A stretch of 63,700 bases of DNA, filler included, from Octopus bimaculoides (Eukaryota): the NCBI RefSeq assembly GCF_001194135.2. It is 7 parts of 7 records of this genome, joined end to end, with 100 filler letters (N's around TTAATTAATTAA, not from the genome) between each part and the next. Parts side by side here need not be neighbours in the genome. Positions count along the whole stretch, not along the records: positions 50,706 to 56,783 come from NC_068983.1; positions 56,884 to 59,977 come from NC_069004.1; positions 60,078 to 62,429 come from NC_069010.1; positions 62,530 to 63,700 come from NW_026331659.1; 3 more parts are not named here. One strand, written 5' to 3'. The notes under the pieces were generated by a model. That model did no database searches. It was not told the origin of the DNA and saw nothing but the letters and a program-made list of their open reading frames with translations. The first letter of the stretch is position 1. The number at the start of each line of letters is the position of its first letter. A program made the position numbers and the translations under genes. Below, one piece after another: positions 51,875 to 63,700 of the stretch.

Positions 51875-52804
51875 ATGTACCCACTCTACTGACAGATATA
51901 CGAGTGCATATTTTCCCTGACTTATGATCTCTTAGACAACTCATGCACGTGCATATATGNNNNNNNNNNATGTATGTATGTATGTATGTATGTATGTATG
52001 GTTATATTATTCTTAAACCAGCAGAACAGTATTAATAGGGATTCTGAAGTTTTGACCAACCAAACAGCTTAACTAGTTGAAACTTCAAAGTAACTTCCAA
52101 TTCTATTCTTGTCAAAGAATAATAAATTTGTTCTCTACAAAGTATGGAATAACCCTTCAGATTAATATAAAATTGTTTGTTTTTTTCTATTATAACTGAA
52201 CATAAAAGCAGTAACATTCATGTCATTCTATCATACTTTAACCTCTCAAAACTTGGCTCAAAGCCAGCTACCTTAATACAGTACGATGCTCCATTTTAGT
52301 CAGGTGGCTAGCCTTGTGATTTTATTGGAAACCTCACTAGTGTCAGTGCCACACACACACACACACACACACAAAAGAAGAAAATTGCACCCAGTATGCT
52401 CTGTAAAGTGGCTGGCATTAGGAAGGATATCCAACCAGTGAAACTATACCAAAGCAAACATTGGAGCTCTGGTTAATTCAGATTCTTTAAACTCTCTAAC
52501 CATTACCAGCATGGAAGACGAATGTTATGATTATGATGTTCATGATGACGATATATATATATATATATATATATANNNNNNNNNNNNNNNNNNNNNNNNN
52601 NNNNNNNNNNNNNNNNNNNNNNNNNNNNNNNNNNNNNNNNNNNNNNNNNNNNNNNNNNNNNNNNNNNNNNNNNNNNNNNNNNNNNNNNNNNNNNNNNNNN
52701 NNNNNNNNNNNNNNNNNNNNNNNNNNNNNNNNNNNNNNNNNNNNNNNNNNNNNNNNNNNATACATACATACATACATACATACATACATACATACATACA
52801 TACA

Positions 52805-52835
<31 letters not shown>

Positions 52836-54021
52836 GTATGTACGTATGTATGTAGATGTATGTATGCATATGTACATTTTCCTATTTCGCTTTCCTATTT
52901 AAGTGAATATACATATCATTTGTGTCATTGTAATATATATTGTGTTTTCTAGAAATTAATTACATGATCAATGATATTTATATTACTCTGAGTTGTAGCA
53001 CTATAACAATTAATTATATTCTGTTTCTATATTGCACACATTTTTTTCTAGCTTGTAACTACAAACACACACACACACACACATGCACACATGCATGCAA
53101 GCAGATTTGTGTGGTTAAAAAGTTTGCTTCAAAATCACATTTGCAGCATTGTAAAAGTGTCAGACTAGATGTTTCTTTTCTATGCATTCTTAGTTTACAT
53201 CTGCTCATAACCCATGAGAGCAGTGGATTTAAACCCTTGCTCAGTTTAATAGTGCTTTTAACTCTATTGCAAGCATTTAGATTAGTTCTTCAGTCTCAGA
53301 ATACCTTTCTCCCTCCTTGCTACTGTTCTTGGAGGCCCTATGAAGGGTTAGAGTCACACATCTCCTGAATAAAAGATCAAAAAAAAAATATTGTCACAAG
53401 TTATTGATTTGACAAACTGATATTTGACTGTTGGGAAAGATAAGAAAATCTTTTGAAGAAGCTAAGCTTTCGTGGAGGAAACTGAAATTTGTTAACTTGT
53501 TAATGTTACTTTCATATGTAACTTCAGGCAAAACTGGAAGACAGTCTCTCTGTGTGAATAGACACAAAGGAGGATAACTTACTGAGTGTCTTCATAAAAC
53601 TTCTGTCTTTGATAACTTTAAAAATATCCTTTTTGAAATCAGTGACAGATAATGATATGTAGTTGTTTATTAGTTATTTATGTAGTTGTTTATTGAAAGG
53701 ACGTGTCACCAGTCAAAATAGAAACCTGGAAACATTTTCCAGTAGAAATTTGATGCAAGAGGCATGCACTGCTACTACTACTACTACAGAATCAGTAGTG
53801 TGACAAACAGAATGCTTTACAATATTGAATTACATCTCTTTACATTCTGAATTCAAATCCAGATCAGGCTTAAGTTTGCATTTCTTCCACCCTGGCGCAA
53901 TAAAATATGTACCAGGCAATATCTACTATCTATATGAAGGACTATACCCCTCCTCTAAAATAAGTAACTATGTGCCTGTGTGTGTGTGTGTAGTAGTAAT
54001 AGTAGTAGTGGTGGTAGTGGC

Positions 54022-54057
<36 letters not shown>

Positions 54058-54152
54058 CCAAGAAAAATTACTTTTAAAACCTAGATAATGTATTTGAGTA
54101 AAATTAGATATTACATTAATGGAAGCATGCTATTATTGCATGCAAAACTCAC

Positions 54153-54235
54153 CGAAGATTTTCATGTAAGGAAATATTACTTGGATGATAATTATATTTA
54201 TCAAATCTATAACTATTTTCTATCTTCTCAACATT
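54153..54235 (-). CDS. Weak candidate internal exon (83 nt)
   Basis: Acceptor CTCTTGTAAATAG, donor CG|GTGAGT, open frame NVEKIENSYRFDKYNYHPSNISLHENLR. Confidence 0.3.
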
Positions 54236-54835
54236 CTATTTACAAGAGGTTTTCTAGTACACATTAGCAAGATATGATACAAAAGATTAGAAAGTGAAAA
54301 CAAGCAAAGAATAATGTAAATAAGACTTCAGAAGATAATTTTAGGAAATTTTCAAATCAAGTATAGCTGTCATAAAAAACAATGTTTTGCAAAAACAGAA
54401 TAAATAGTTGCAACCAAGAAACGAAAATTTTTTTAAAATCAACTACTTGGTGATAGGTAATAGCTGACCATTTGAGTTGATTATTAGTAATGCACATGTA
54501 GGCATATGATAGGTGGTGTATTTTAGACAAGATCAATTGACATTAGGCAAATTACACCCAAATTTTAAAATTTAGTTCTGTCCATTTTGTCTTGAAACTC
54601 CTCTTTTTATGTCACTGATGTGGCCAAATAATGTAGTGTGCCAGATTAATGATATAATTTGTAGTATTTTATTATGTTTCTTTATATTTTGAGTTCAAAT
54701 TCTCTTCATTGAAGTTGATAAAATAAATATCAGTAAAATACTGAAGTTGATTAAAAATCAGCTACAAATTTTCCATCAAAATGATTGGTTTTATATGAAA
54801 ATCCGTACCAAATTTGAGTCATACCATTCTTTTAA

Positions 54836-55055
54836 CCCTTTAGCATTTAAAGCGGCCATATCTGGCTCAAATATTTTACCTGTTTTATGCTCAAATCAGC
54901 CAGATCTCATCTCTCAAACCTACCCTATGATATCATTCGTAAAATATGCAATTATATCATAAAAATTCCAAAGCTACAAGGTAACACATAATTAATTCAA
55001 AACAGTGTGAATAAATAAGCATTACATTTGACAAAGTAATCTGAACGCTAAAGGG
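54836..55055. mobile_element. piggyBac-like MITE
   Basis: TTAA|CCCTTTAGCATTTA ... TGAACGCTAAAGGG|TT; the right TTAA is disrupted by the adjacent SINE. Confidence 0.7.
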
Positions 55056-55059
55056 TTTT

Positions 55060-55455
55060 CTTTTACTCTTTTACTTGATTCAGTCATTTGACTGTGGCCA
55101 TGCTGGAGCACCGCCTATAGTTGAGCAAATTGCCCCCAGGACTTATTTTTTATAAGCCTAGTACTTATTGTATCAGTCTCTTTTGTCAAACCACTAAGTT
55201 ACGGGGGCAAATACACTTGCATCGGTTGTCGAGATGTTCAGGCGACACAGATACACAAACATACACACGCACATACATATATATATATACATATGTACGA
55301 CGGGCTTCTTTCAGTTTCCATCTACCAAATCCACTCACAAGGCTTTGGTCAGCCTGAGGCTATAGTAGAAGACACTTGCCCAAGGTGCCATGCAGTGGGA
55401 CTGAACCGGGAACCATGTGTTTGGTGAGCTAGCTACTCACCACACAGCCACTCCT
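55060..55455 (-). mobile_element. SINE family A, full length, partly CpG-decayed
   Basis: Matches the consensus with CG>TG/CA changes. Confidence 0.9.
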
Positions 55456-56422
55456 ATGCCTATTTATAGTAAACAAAGGCTAATGTAAACATCCTTCTTA
55501 TTATTTATGATGCAGCAAGTTGGCTGAATTATTTGAGAAGTATTGGAAGTAAATGCCTTTGATATTTGTTGTGGCGCTTAACATTTTAGTTCATTTCCTA
55601 CTGAGATCAACTTAGCTTTAAATCTTTTTGGTGTGAATAAAATTATGCACCAGTCAAGTAACAGGATCAATGTTGCTGATTTAACTGTTCCTCGAAAAGT
55701 TTCTGGTCTTGTGACTAAATCACAAGCCATTATTATTTATGGTGCAAAAGTTAGATGAATCTTTAAATACAGGAGTACCTTCAGAAAATTATCTAATTAA
55801 TTTACAGACGTATGTATTGCTATTTTCTCGAGCAGACCAGTGACTAACTTTATTGCTAACTACTTGCTGTCAACATAACTAGTAAGCTTGTAGATGCAGT
55901 AAAGTGGCTGGAAATAACAAAGGCATGCTGTCATAGAAACCATGCCCAATATGATTTACCAGCACGACATGGTTACTGAACTGCTTAGGAGGGCAATAAC
56001 TATAGTTAAAATATAACAATTTACGTAGCCCATACCAGTACGGAAGTGTGCAGGTAAATGATGATGATGACGATAATGATGGCAACAACAATGAGCAATG
56101 ACGATGATGATGATGATCTTATAATATATTTACCCTGAGGCACCAGTAAAGTACATATGAACTTCCAGGTTTTATTCATTTTCAAATACTTGTGCAAAAA
56201 AAAACTCTGTTAAAATAGAAACATTATTATTTCTAAATCTCTCAAAAAGAGATGTTCAGTAACAGTTCTTTGAAGTAAAGACTATTTGCCAACATAATGT
56301 GGCTGTCCTGGAAGGGACGATTGTTAATGCTGTTTAGCCCCAGGAAACATCATTTCCAGCTGGCTATATGACACAATATGTGTGTCCTTACATTTCTAAT
56401 TGGAGTGCTGGACAATGAAGAT

Positions 56423-56729
56423 GCATGGCTTAGTGGTTAGGGTATTCAATTCATGGTTGTAAGGCTGTGAATTTGATTTTGACTTCTGGCAGCACATTGT
56501 ATCCTTAAGCGAGACATTTTGTTTCACATTACTCCAATCCACTTAACTGGCAAAAAAGGAATAGAATCTGTAATTCAAAGAGCCAGCCATATCACATTCT
56601 GTGTCATACTGAAACTCCCTGAGAACTACATGTTTGTGGAGTGCTCAACTACTTGCATATTAAATTCAGGAACAGTCTGTTCTATAGATTGAGTCAAAGA
56701 GAAAACTCACCATCACAACCAAAGGAGTG

Positions 56730-56730
<1 letters not shown>
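56423..56730 (+). mobile_element. Old SINE: tRNA head, CORE-like centre and family C-type tail
   Basis: TGGCTTAGTGGTTAGGG head; TTTCACATTACTCCAATCCAC centre; TCACATTCTGTGTCA..CCCTGAGAACTAC tail. Confidence 0.7.
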
Positions 56731-56783
<53 letters not shown>

Positions 56784-57859
56784 NNNNNNNNNNNNNNNNN
56801 NNNNNNNNNNNNNNNNNNNNNNNNNNNTTAATTAATTAANNNNNNNNNNNNNNNNNNNNNNNNNNNNNNNNNNNNNNNNNNNNATAGTAATAGCTGCTTC
56901 TTTTTAAAGGGTATAAATATTGTGCAGAAGATGATGATGGTTGTGGTAGCCTCTTTTTTCAGTTAGTTTACGGAAATAATGTATGAACTTGTGCGATGTT
57001 GATCCTTCGATTTTATTTTTAATTGTGACAATGAAGCAATGGGTTCAGTCTTTACCTCCAAAATTTATTTATCTTGCAAACGAAACCCCACATACACACA
57101 CATACATGGTGGGGGAAAATCTTTTCCAAGAGGGTGGCGAGAGGACTTCGGAAAATTTACAAGATCCGAGCTTTTCCTTCGTAACTTTTATAAAATGGAG
57201 TTTTTTTTCAATGAAATTTTATAAAAATACCTTACAAATGGCATACATTAGGATTATAAAGAAATTGGGGGGGGGGGAATGTTAACAAGATCCGAATTTT
57301 TCCTCGTTATATTCCGAAATCACATTCAACTTTCTACAGATACCCTAGCGTAGAACTACTACCCTCACACATATACATACATACACACACATATATATAC
57401 ACACACACACACACATGTATATATGGGTTTCTTTACAAATATTTTACGATGACATTTTGCTGAAATACATTATACTGAAAAATCAAAGAAGTCTGAAAAG
57501 AATAATAAACAAACGTTGAAGTTATAAAAGATTAGTGGTAACGATGTCTGGACAAAAAAAGCCATGTTAGTGTTTATGTGAAACAAGTCAAAGTGAATTA
57601 AAACAATATCTTTTACATATTTGCTAAAATTATTGGATATAAAGATCCCAGGATATATTAACACTAAGTTGCAAAACAATTTTCAAATAGTATCAAGTGT
57701 TTTCACTTACCTTTAGCAGTTTTTGTCGCCGAAATTTCAAGCGGGTATCAAGTACCCTTCGATTTCGTGTGCAGACGGGGACGGAGTGAAGGTGGGTTTT
57801 ATCATTTATGTCGTTTTTTTTTTTTCTTTGGCAAGTACAATATAAATTTCGAAATGCAG

Positions 57860-58660
57860 ATTTCTTTTGCAAATTGGGAATCTCCGCCCTCGATATAGAA
57901 ATAAAACTGTAGAAATAAAACCGTGAAAATATCCCAAAGGGGATGATATGGTCCATGATCTCCGCCATTTTCTACAATGCCCCGGTGATCGATCGATGAA
58001 ATTTGGGGAATGATTTATCGAATAGTGAATGTATCTGACTATATGGAGATTACAAAAGCTTGCCAAATTGTCAGACATAACAGTAGTTCCTGGAAGAAAA
58101 ATTTGTCTTCAAACATTCTCCAATGTCTCGGGTACACGTTGAAGAAATCCTTTTCTGGTTGTGCTGTCATAAGAGCAGACGACCCAAGTTTTGCGACACA
58201 TTCTTCCTCCATTGTTCTTGCTATTGAAGAACAAACTTTGCATCGATCTCCACTCAATGATCCGGACCACCAAATGGGAGTTTTTGCCTTGCAGCAGTTT
58301 TGTCAAACAAACATCTCTACAGAACTGGTACCACTGAACTGCAGATATCGTCCCAGGCAATCCGAAAATAAAATCAAACACTAAATAATAAAAAATTACA
58401 TAAAATGGCAGCTTCGAGTTTTCTGTAAATGAATTTTTCCTGATGGTTTCTGATGGAAAGAGTTTTTTATTATTTTTTTTTTTTGACATTTTGCGCACTT
58501 TCTAATGACAAAACCCGACTAGAATTTTGAAAAATCATCGAATGTGTGCAAGCACACGTTTTTTTCAATGGCAATATGTTTTGTCTTGAGATAATCTATA
58601 ATGTTCTCTGGTGCAAAGTGCAGTAAAAGTTCCAATCTGGGTGTACACAATGTAAAATAA
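57860..58660 (-). pseudogene. Merlin (IS1595/ISXO2-like) DDE transposase, decayed
   Basis: Joining frames gives QWYQFCRDVC, PIGGPDH-VEID-SLFF, GRMCRKTWVV..YDSTTRKGFLQRVP, PGTTVMSD, HYSINHSPNFID and FLYRGRRF. The segment with the catalytic Glu appears deleted. Confidence 0.85.
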
Positions 58661-58671
58661 ATTCAGGAAAA

Positions 58672-59977
58672 TAGTAATAGCTGCTTCTTTTTAAAGGGTA
58701 TAAATATTGTGCAGAAGATGATGATGGTTGTGGTAGCCTCTTTTTTCAGTTAGTTTACGGAAATAATGTATGAACTTGTGCGATGTTGATCCTTCGGTGA
58801 TAATGAAGCAATGGGTTCAGTCCTTACCGCCAAAATTAATTTATCTTGCAAACGAAACCCCACATACACACACACACATATACACAATTTCAGAAGCATA
58901 GCAACAGTTACTTCTTGTTGTGAAGAAGATGATGATGATGATGATTGTTGCTGATGGGGATGGTACACACACACACAAACACACGCACACACATACACAT
59001 ATCTACACATAGACGCACGTAGATAAACATAGATGAAGTCCCATTTCGGAAGTATATTAAAGTTTTTAGTTGACGTATGACAGAGAATTATTCAATATTG
59101 TGTTTGCTTTTCCCCCGACGTATACAGCAGGTATATATAACCTGCAATTTCACTTGTTTCAGCCGTTCATTTTCTGTGAGCTGTGGAGATTGTTGCGCTC
59201 GCGCACCTTTCATTACTGAATAGTGAGGAGTGCGTGGTTCAATTTGGGAGTTTCCCTGAGTACATATATTCCTTGTGCATTCCAAAACCGAGTTGTCGAT
59301 TTTCACGTATGAGGTATCAAAAGATTCAGTACTATTTCCACCACTAACTAAACTTTATTTTCATTGACATATTTGAATTACAAAACTTTAAAATTATAAT
59401 CTTTTCCGGCGATGACGTCTCATTTTCTATGAGTGTGTACCTTAAAAGACCTCTATCATTACCTTCACTCACTCTGTCTCTCCCTTTCTTTCTCACACAC
59501 GTGCGCGCACAGACTCACAAAATCCTAATTATGCTCTAACATCATGGGTCTATGCAACTGTTGCAATATCACTCTTTATGGAGGAGTTCTCCGTTTCCTC
59601 GGTAAAAATAATACTTATTTCTTTGTTACCCACAAGGGGCTAAACATAGAGGGGACAAACAAGGACAGACAAAGGGATTAAGTCGATTATATCGAGCCCA
59701 GTGCGTAACTGGTACTTATTTAATCGACCCCGAAAGGATGAAAGGCAAAGTCGACATCGGTGGTATTTGAACTCAGAACGTAACGGCAAACGAAATACCG
59801 CTAAGCATTTCGCCCGGCGTGCTAACGTTTCTGCCAGCTCGCAGGTGCGAAACCGCATCAGCCCCCTTTCTTTACAAATATTTTAAGATGACATTTTGCA
59901 GAAATATATTATATTGAAAAATCCAAGAAGTTTGAAAAGAATAATAAAACAAACGTTGAAGTTATAAAAATTAGTGT
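58672..59977 (+). repeat. Diverged tandem duplicate of 56884-57540
   Basis: 58672-58870 matches 56884-57100, and 59865-59977 matches 57425-57540. Confidence 0.85.
59612..59842 (-). mobile_element. SINE family B (tail type 1), young
   Basis: Near-identical to 25555-25785. Confidence 0.92.
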
Positions 59978-60077
59978 NNNNNNNNNNNNNNNNNNNNNNN
60001 NNNNNNNNNNNNNNNNNNNNNTTAATTAATTAANNNNNNNNNNNNNNNNNNNNNNNNNNNNNNNNNNNNNNNNNNNN

Positions 60078-60110
<33 letters not shown>

Positions 60111-60880
60111 TAGTAAGTTTTAAAAAAGGTTTTCAAAAATACTCACAGTTTGTAGGGAATAAATGTTTATCCATCGTATTTGAAAAAGATGTGTCGCTAT
60201 TCTTTTTTACTATTATCATAGTCCAAGGACGGTATTAGAAATTGAAAGCAAACTTAAAATTCCCGCGAATCAGAATGAGTTCATTGGTAACCATAGTTAC
60301 ATGTATGTGTATTTACGTATGATTGCTCGTGTGTCTGGTTATTTGACTCTCACTCTTTCTCCATCGTTTCTTTCTGTCTTTTTTTCTTGGATCGTTGTTA
60401 ACGTTCATAAGAGAAGGTAGCAGTTGAAACGATTTGTAAGAGGAGTAGTAAGAGTAAATTAGATTGAATTAGGGAGGGGGTTGATTATGTATGTAGTTTT
60501 ATCGATTTCTTTTCGTAATAAGGAGTTATTTTGACCCCAAAAATGACCCTATGACCTACGCTATGGTATTTAGAATATTAATTCCGATGTTTTCATCCAC
60601 TAAATTTGGAATTGTGTATGTATAAATGTATAAATGTAAAACATGCATACGCACAGAGAAAATCTGCCATTTATAGATAAGATAAGCATATTAAAAGGGA
60701 TTTGTGGGAGAACTCATTTAAATAAAAGGGTTGGAAACCACTGCTTTAGTGTCTTTATGTATATATGTATGTATGAGCCAATAAGGGAGATGTGTACGTG
60801 GTAGCTAGACCTGTTAGTAATAGCAACCAAAATTCTCTCAAATCACACCCTACTGTCTTATGCAGGTGTTTATGTATGTA

Positions 60881-61587
60881 CTAGCAAACGACCACCCCTC
60901 CGTCCATTGGACGGTCTGTATAGGTGAAGAGAGCTATTTGATTTGGAAGCAGCAGCGCGTGCACGCCGACGGTCAGCTTGTTCGGGTGTTTCCGAAAACC
61001 CTAGCCATCGACGTAGAGGCAGCATCTCGTGCACAGCTGTCTCGCTTCCACGCAGTGAACGCATGGCAAAAGCATTTCTTGTTTTTTTTTTGGGGGGGGG
61101 GGCAAGGTTACTCTTCCTTCTTCGAGGCATCCTATCAAGAAATTTCAATAAAACCTAATAGAATTAAATAAAAATATTATCTCAATGGTTTTTGCAAGCT
61201 CTCCATATTGTTTTTTTTTTTTTTAAAGGAACAAAACGAGCGGTTACGTTTAGAAACGCGCGCGAGCGTTAGAAGCGCGTGCGCGAGTTAGAAGCGCGTG
61301 CGCGTGTTAGAAGCGCGTGCGAGTGTGCATGTGATTGTGTGTGTGTGAGAGAGAGAGAGAGAGTAAAAATGAGAGAGTGATAGAAGTATGTACGTCTATA
61401 TGAAATGGACGTGCTTGTGTGTGTACGCGCGCGCGCGTGCCTGCGCGTGCGTATGTGACAGAGAAAGAGGGTGAGAAAGAGAGATAGAGAGAGTGAGTGA
61501 GTGAAGGTAAACACACACACACACACACACACATTTAGAAAATGTGACGTCACAGTATAAAACTTTTACGGTATAGTTGATTGAAGA
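60881..61587 (-). mobile_element. Apparently complete 707-bp non-autonomous Helitron
   Basis: On the minus strand: host A|TC 5' end (61587), GTGACGTCAC palindrome, internal microsatellites, GC-rich hairpin CCGTCC-AAT-GGACGG, CTAG|T 3' end (60881), no TSD. Confidence 0.75.
61250..61325 (+). repeat. 19-bp CpG-rich minisatellite x4 (TTAGAAGCGCGTGCGCGAG) inside the Helitron
   Basis: Four adjacent units. Confidence 0.92.
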
Positions 61588-62214
61588 TAAGCGAAAAGAA
61601 CAGAAAGAAAGTAACAGATGTATGGACGTGTGTGTGTATGTATGTGTGTGCGTGCGTGCGTGTGTGCCGGTTGTCTTAGCAACTGATTGATTTTAATGGC
61701 AGAACAAACAGGACAAAAACATTACAAAAATAGCGATTCTCACCTTGGAACTAACTATTTTGAAAATGTTTTTAGATTACGGAACGCCCAGCTCTGTCAT
61801 GTATCCATGTTTAAAATTTCAGCGCGATCGGGTGAACAATACTCAAGTTATAAGTTCACAAACAGACAGACAGAACGGATTATATATATATATGTATATA
61901 TTAAGAAGAAGATGAGCCAATAAGGGAGATGTCTACATGGTAGCTAGACTTGCTAGAAATAGCAGCTAAATCTTTGTTAAAATCTTTGATCATAAAGTCT
62001 ACTGGATCTGTGAATTGCCTGTGGCTAAACAGCATCAACATTAATGCATAGGAATGATAACAGTACTGTTTTGACTTGTGTTTCAGATTGAACGACGGGT
62101 TATTGGACAAACTGTCATATTTGACATGGAAAATGTGGGTACCCGACATCTGTGGAAGCCAGGTAGGTGCATTATGTATGTGTGTGTGTGTTTGTGTGTG
62201 TATTATATATATTT

Positions 62215-62400
62215 TATCTTTTACTTGTTTCAGTCATTAGACTGTGTCCATGCTGGAGCACCACTTTGAAGAATCTTTAGTCAATTGAATCAACCCAGTT
62301 CCTTTTCTGTTTTGTTTTCAAACTTGGGACTTATTCTATCAGTCACTTTTGCCAAACAGCTATGTTACAGGGAAGTAAACACAGACACCAGTTGTCAAGC
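62215..62400 (-). mobile_element. SINE family A, 3' half
   Basis: TTTTACTTGTTTCAGTCATTAGACTGTGTCCATGCTGGAGCACC... Confidence 0.85.
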
Positions 62401-63700
62401 AACGAGACTCATGCATATATATATATATANNNNNNNNNNNNNNNNNNNNNNNNNNNNNNNNNNNNNNNNNNNNTTAATTAATTAANNNNNNNNNNNNNNN
62501 NNNNNNNNNNNNNNNNNNNNNNNNNNNNNGAATAAACCTTTACCAGGACAATGGAACTTATCCAATACATCTATTTTCAAGACTAAAATGGACACATATA
62601 CTTCAAATTCCCTTCAATTTTAAATTACCACTGTTTAACAACACCTGAGTTTATATGGTAGAAAGACAGGTAAACGGAGACCAAATAACACTCAATAAAC
62701 TCCTGCTTGTATGATCTCCTTTTAAATCATAAAAATGTCTAGTTAATACCATAAAAATAAAGACTAAACATTCACAATGACTGACTTTAAAAGTTCTGTT
62801 GCTACAACGTGCATCAATAATTTGTCTGGCCACGGGAAAACATTATCTTGTTTGAAAACAGGAAGGGCATTCGTTCATATAAAATCTGCCTTAATAAACT
62901 CCGATCGACTCATGCAAGCATGGAAAAGTGAACATTAAAAACAATGATGATGAAGATGTATGAATCCTATGATCACAAACTGTTAATGCAGNNNNNNNNN
63001 NAATGATGATGAAGATGTATGAATCCTATGATCACAAACTGTTAATGCAGACGAAATGTCCCTATTCTGGAAGAGAATAACCAAAAGAAGAAGCCACATT
63101 GCAAAACTGATATTGGGTTTTAAAATAACTAAAGCTATGTTAACATTATTGTTTGCAGGTAAACTGGAGACGATTTGANNNNNNNNNNTAAAGCTATGTT
63201 AACATTATTGTTTGCAGGTAAACTGGAGACGATTTGAAGTTTAAGGCCCATGTTTGTAGATGGTCGAAACTGCAGAGACCCACGTCCAGTCATGTAAAAC
63301 ATAAAATACGTGGATTACTGCTTCACATTATGAAGAGAGGCTTTCAAAAGCACTTTGTAGCCGATTTCATTGCTAATTGATTGGAGAAAATAATGTACCT
63401 TCTCATCCTTCATCTCTCAAAAGACATCTGAAAATGTTGGATTAACGAAGTATTTTCTGTGAAATACAATATTACATATGCAACAAATCGCTAACATCTG
63501 TAGCCATCAGCAAATCCAAAGGGAGGGCGGACAATGTTGACTTCAGCAGGATTTTAACTGAAAATGGGAGAAAGCCGGAACGAATACCGCAAGGTACTTT
63601 CTCTGATGCAAAATTATTAAGAGAGTGCGGTTAACTTCAACTATCAATGATTGGGATTTCAAAAACATATCTTGGCTTTCTTTGAATAACCGAAACGAAT

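Noticed and set aside
53583-53673. Open minus-strand frame TDFKKDIFKVIKDRSFMKTL ending at a GTAAGT donor
   Set aside because: No credible acceptor and an in-frame stop just upstream.
58230-58307. GATA-like zinc finger pattern (*QNC-x17-CKVC) with TGA at the first Cys, suggesting selenocysteine or readthrough
   Set aside because: The same DNA is the out-of-frame reading of the Merlin PIGGPDH-VEID segment; no SECIS seen; coincidence.
57960-58410. Divergent AAAATGGC (YY1-like) motifs suggesting a bidirectional promoter
   Set aside because: Both lie within the transposase-derived interval.
62943-63238. Direct repeats of about 50 bp across 10-N gaps (62943/63002, 63130/63189; also 4720-4845)
   Set aside because: Overlapping contig ends joined by a fixed-size gap; assembly artefact.

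Overview
AT-rich, microsatellite-dense animal genomic DNA from a gappy short-read scaffold (about a fifth is N). The SINE families and (TA)n/(CA)n/(TACA)n/(GATA)n load resemble coleoid cephalopod DNA (Octopus-like); this is inference. No complete gene is visible. The window is mostly decayed transposons: at least 4 tRNA-derived SINE families (30+ copies or fragments), RTE and RLE-type LINE ends, a Penelope-like element, a Helitron helicase fragment, an apparently complete 707-bp non-autonomous Helitron, three Tc1/mariner derivatives, a decayed Merlin (IS1595-like) transposase, and piggyBac-, pogo- and foldback-type MITEs. The best host-gene candidate is an ATG-initiated ORF at 35888 (+) behind a TATA box that runs into a gap; a few weak minus-strand exon candidates also exist. 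I found no convincing new biological system. The best leads are minimal hammerhead-like motifs, a 479-bp palindrome, a five-fold SINE A-box array, a 13-of-13 orientation bias of one SINE family, and a CpG-decay boundary next to the candidate promoter. All coordinates, alignments and counts were done by eye and may be off by a few bases.
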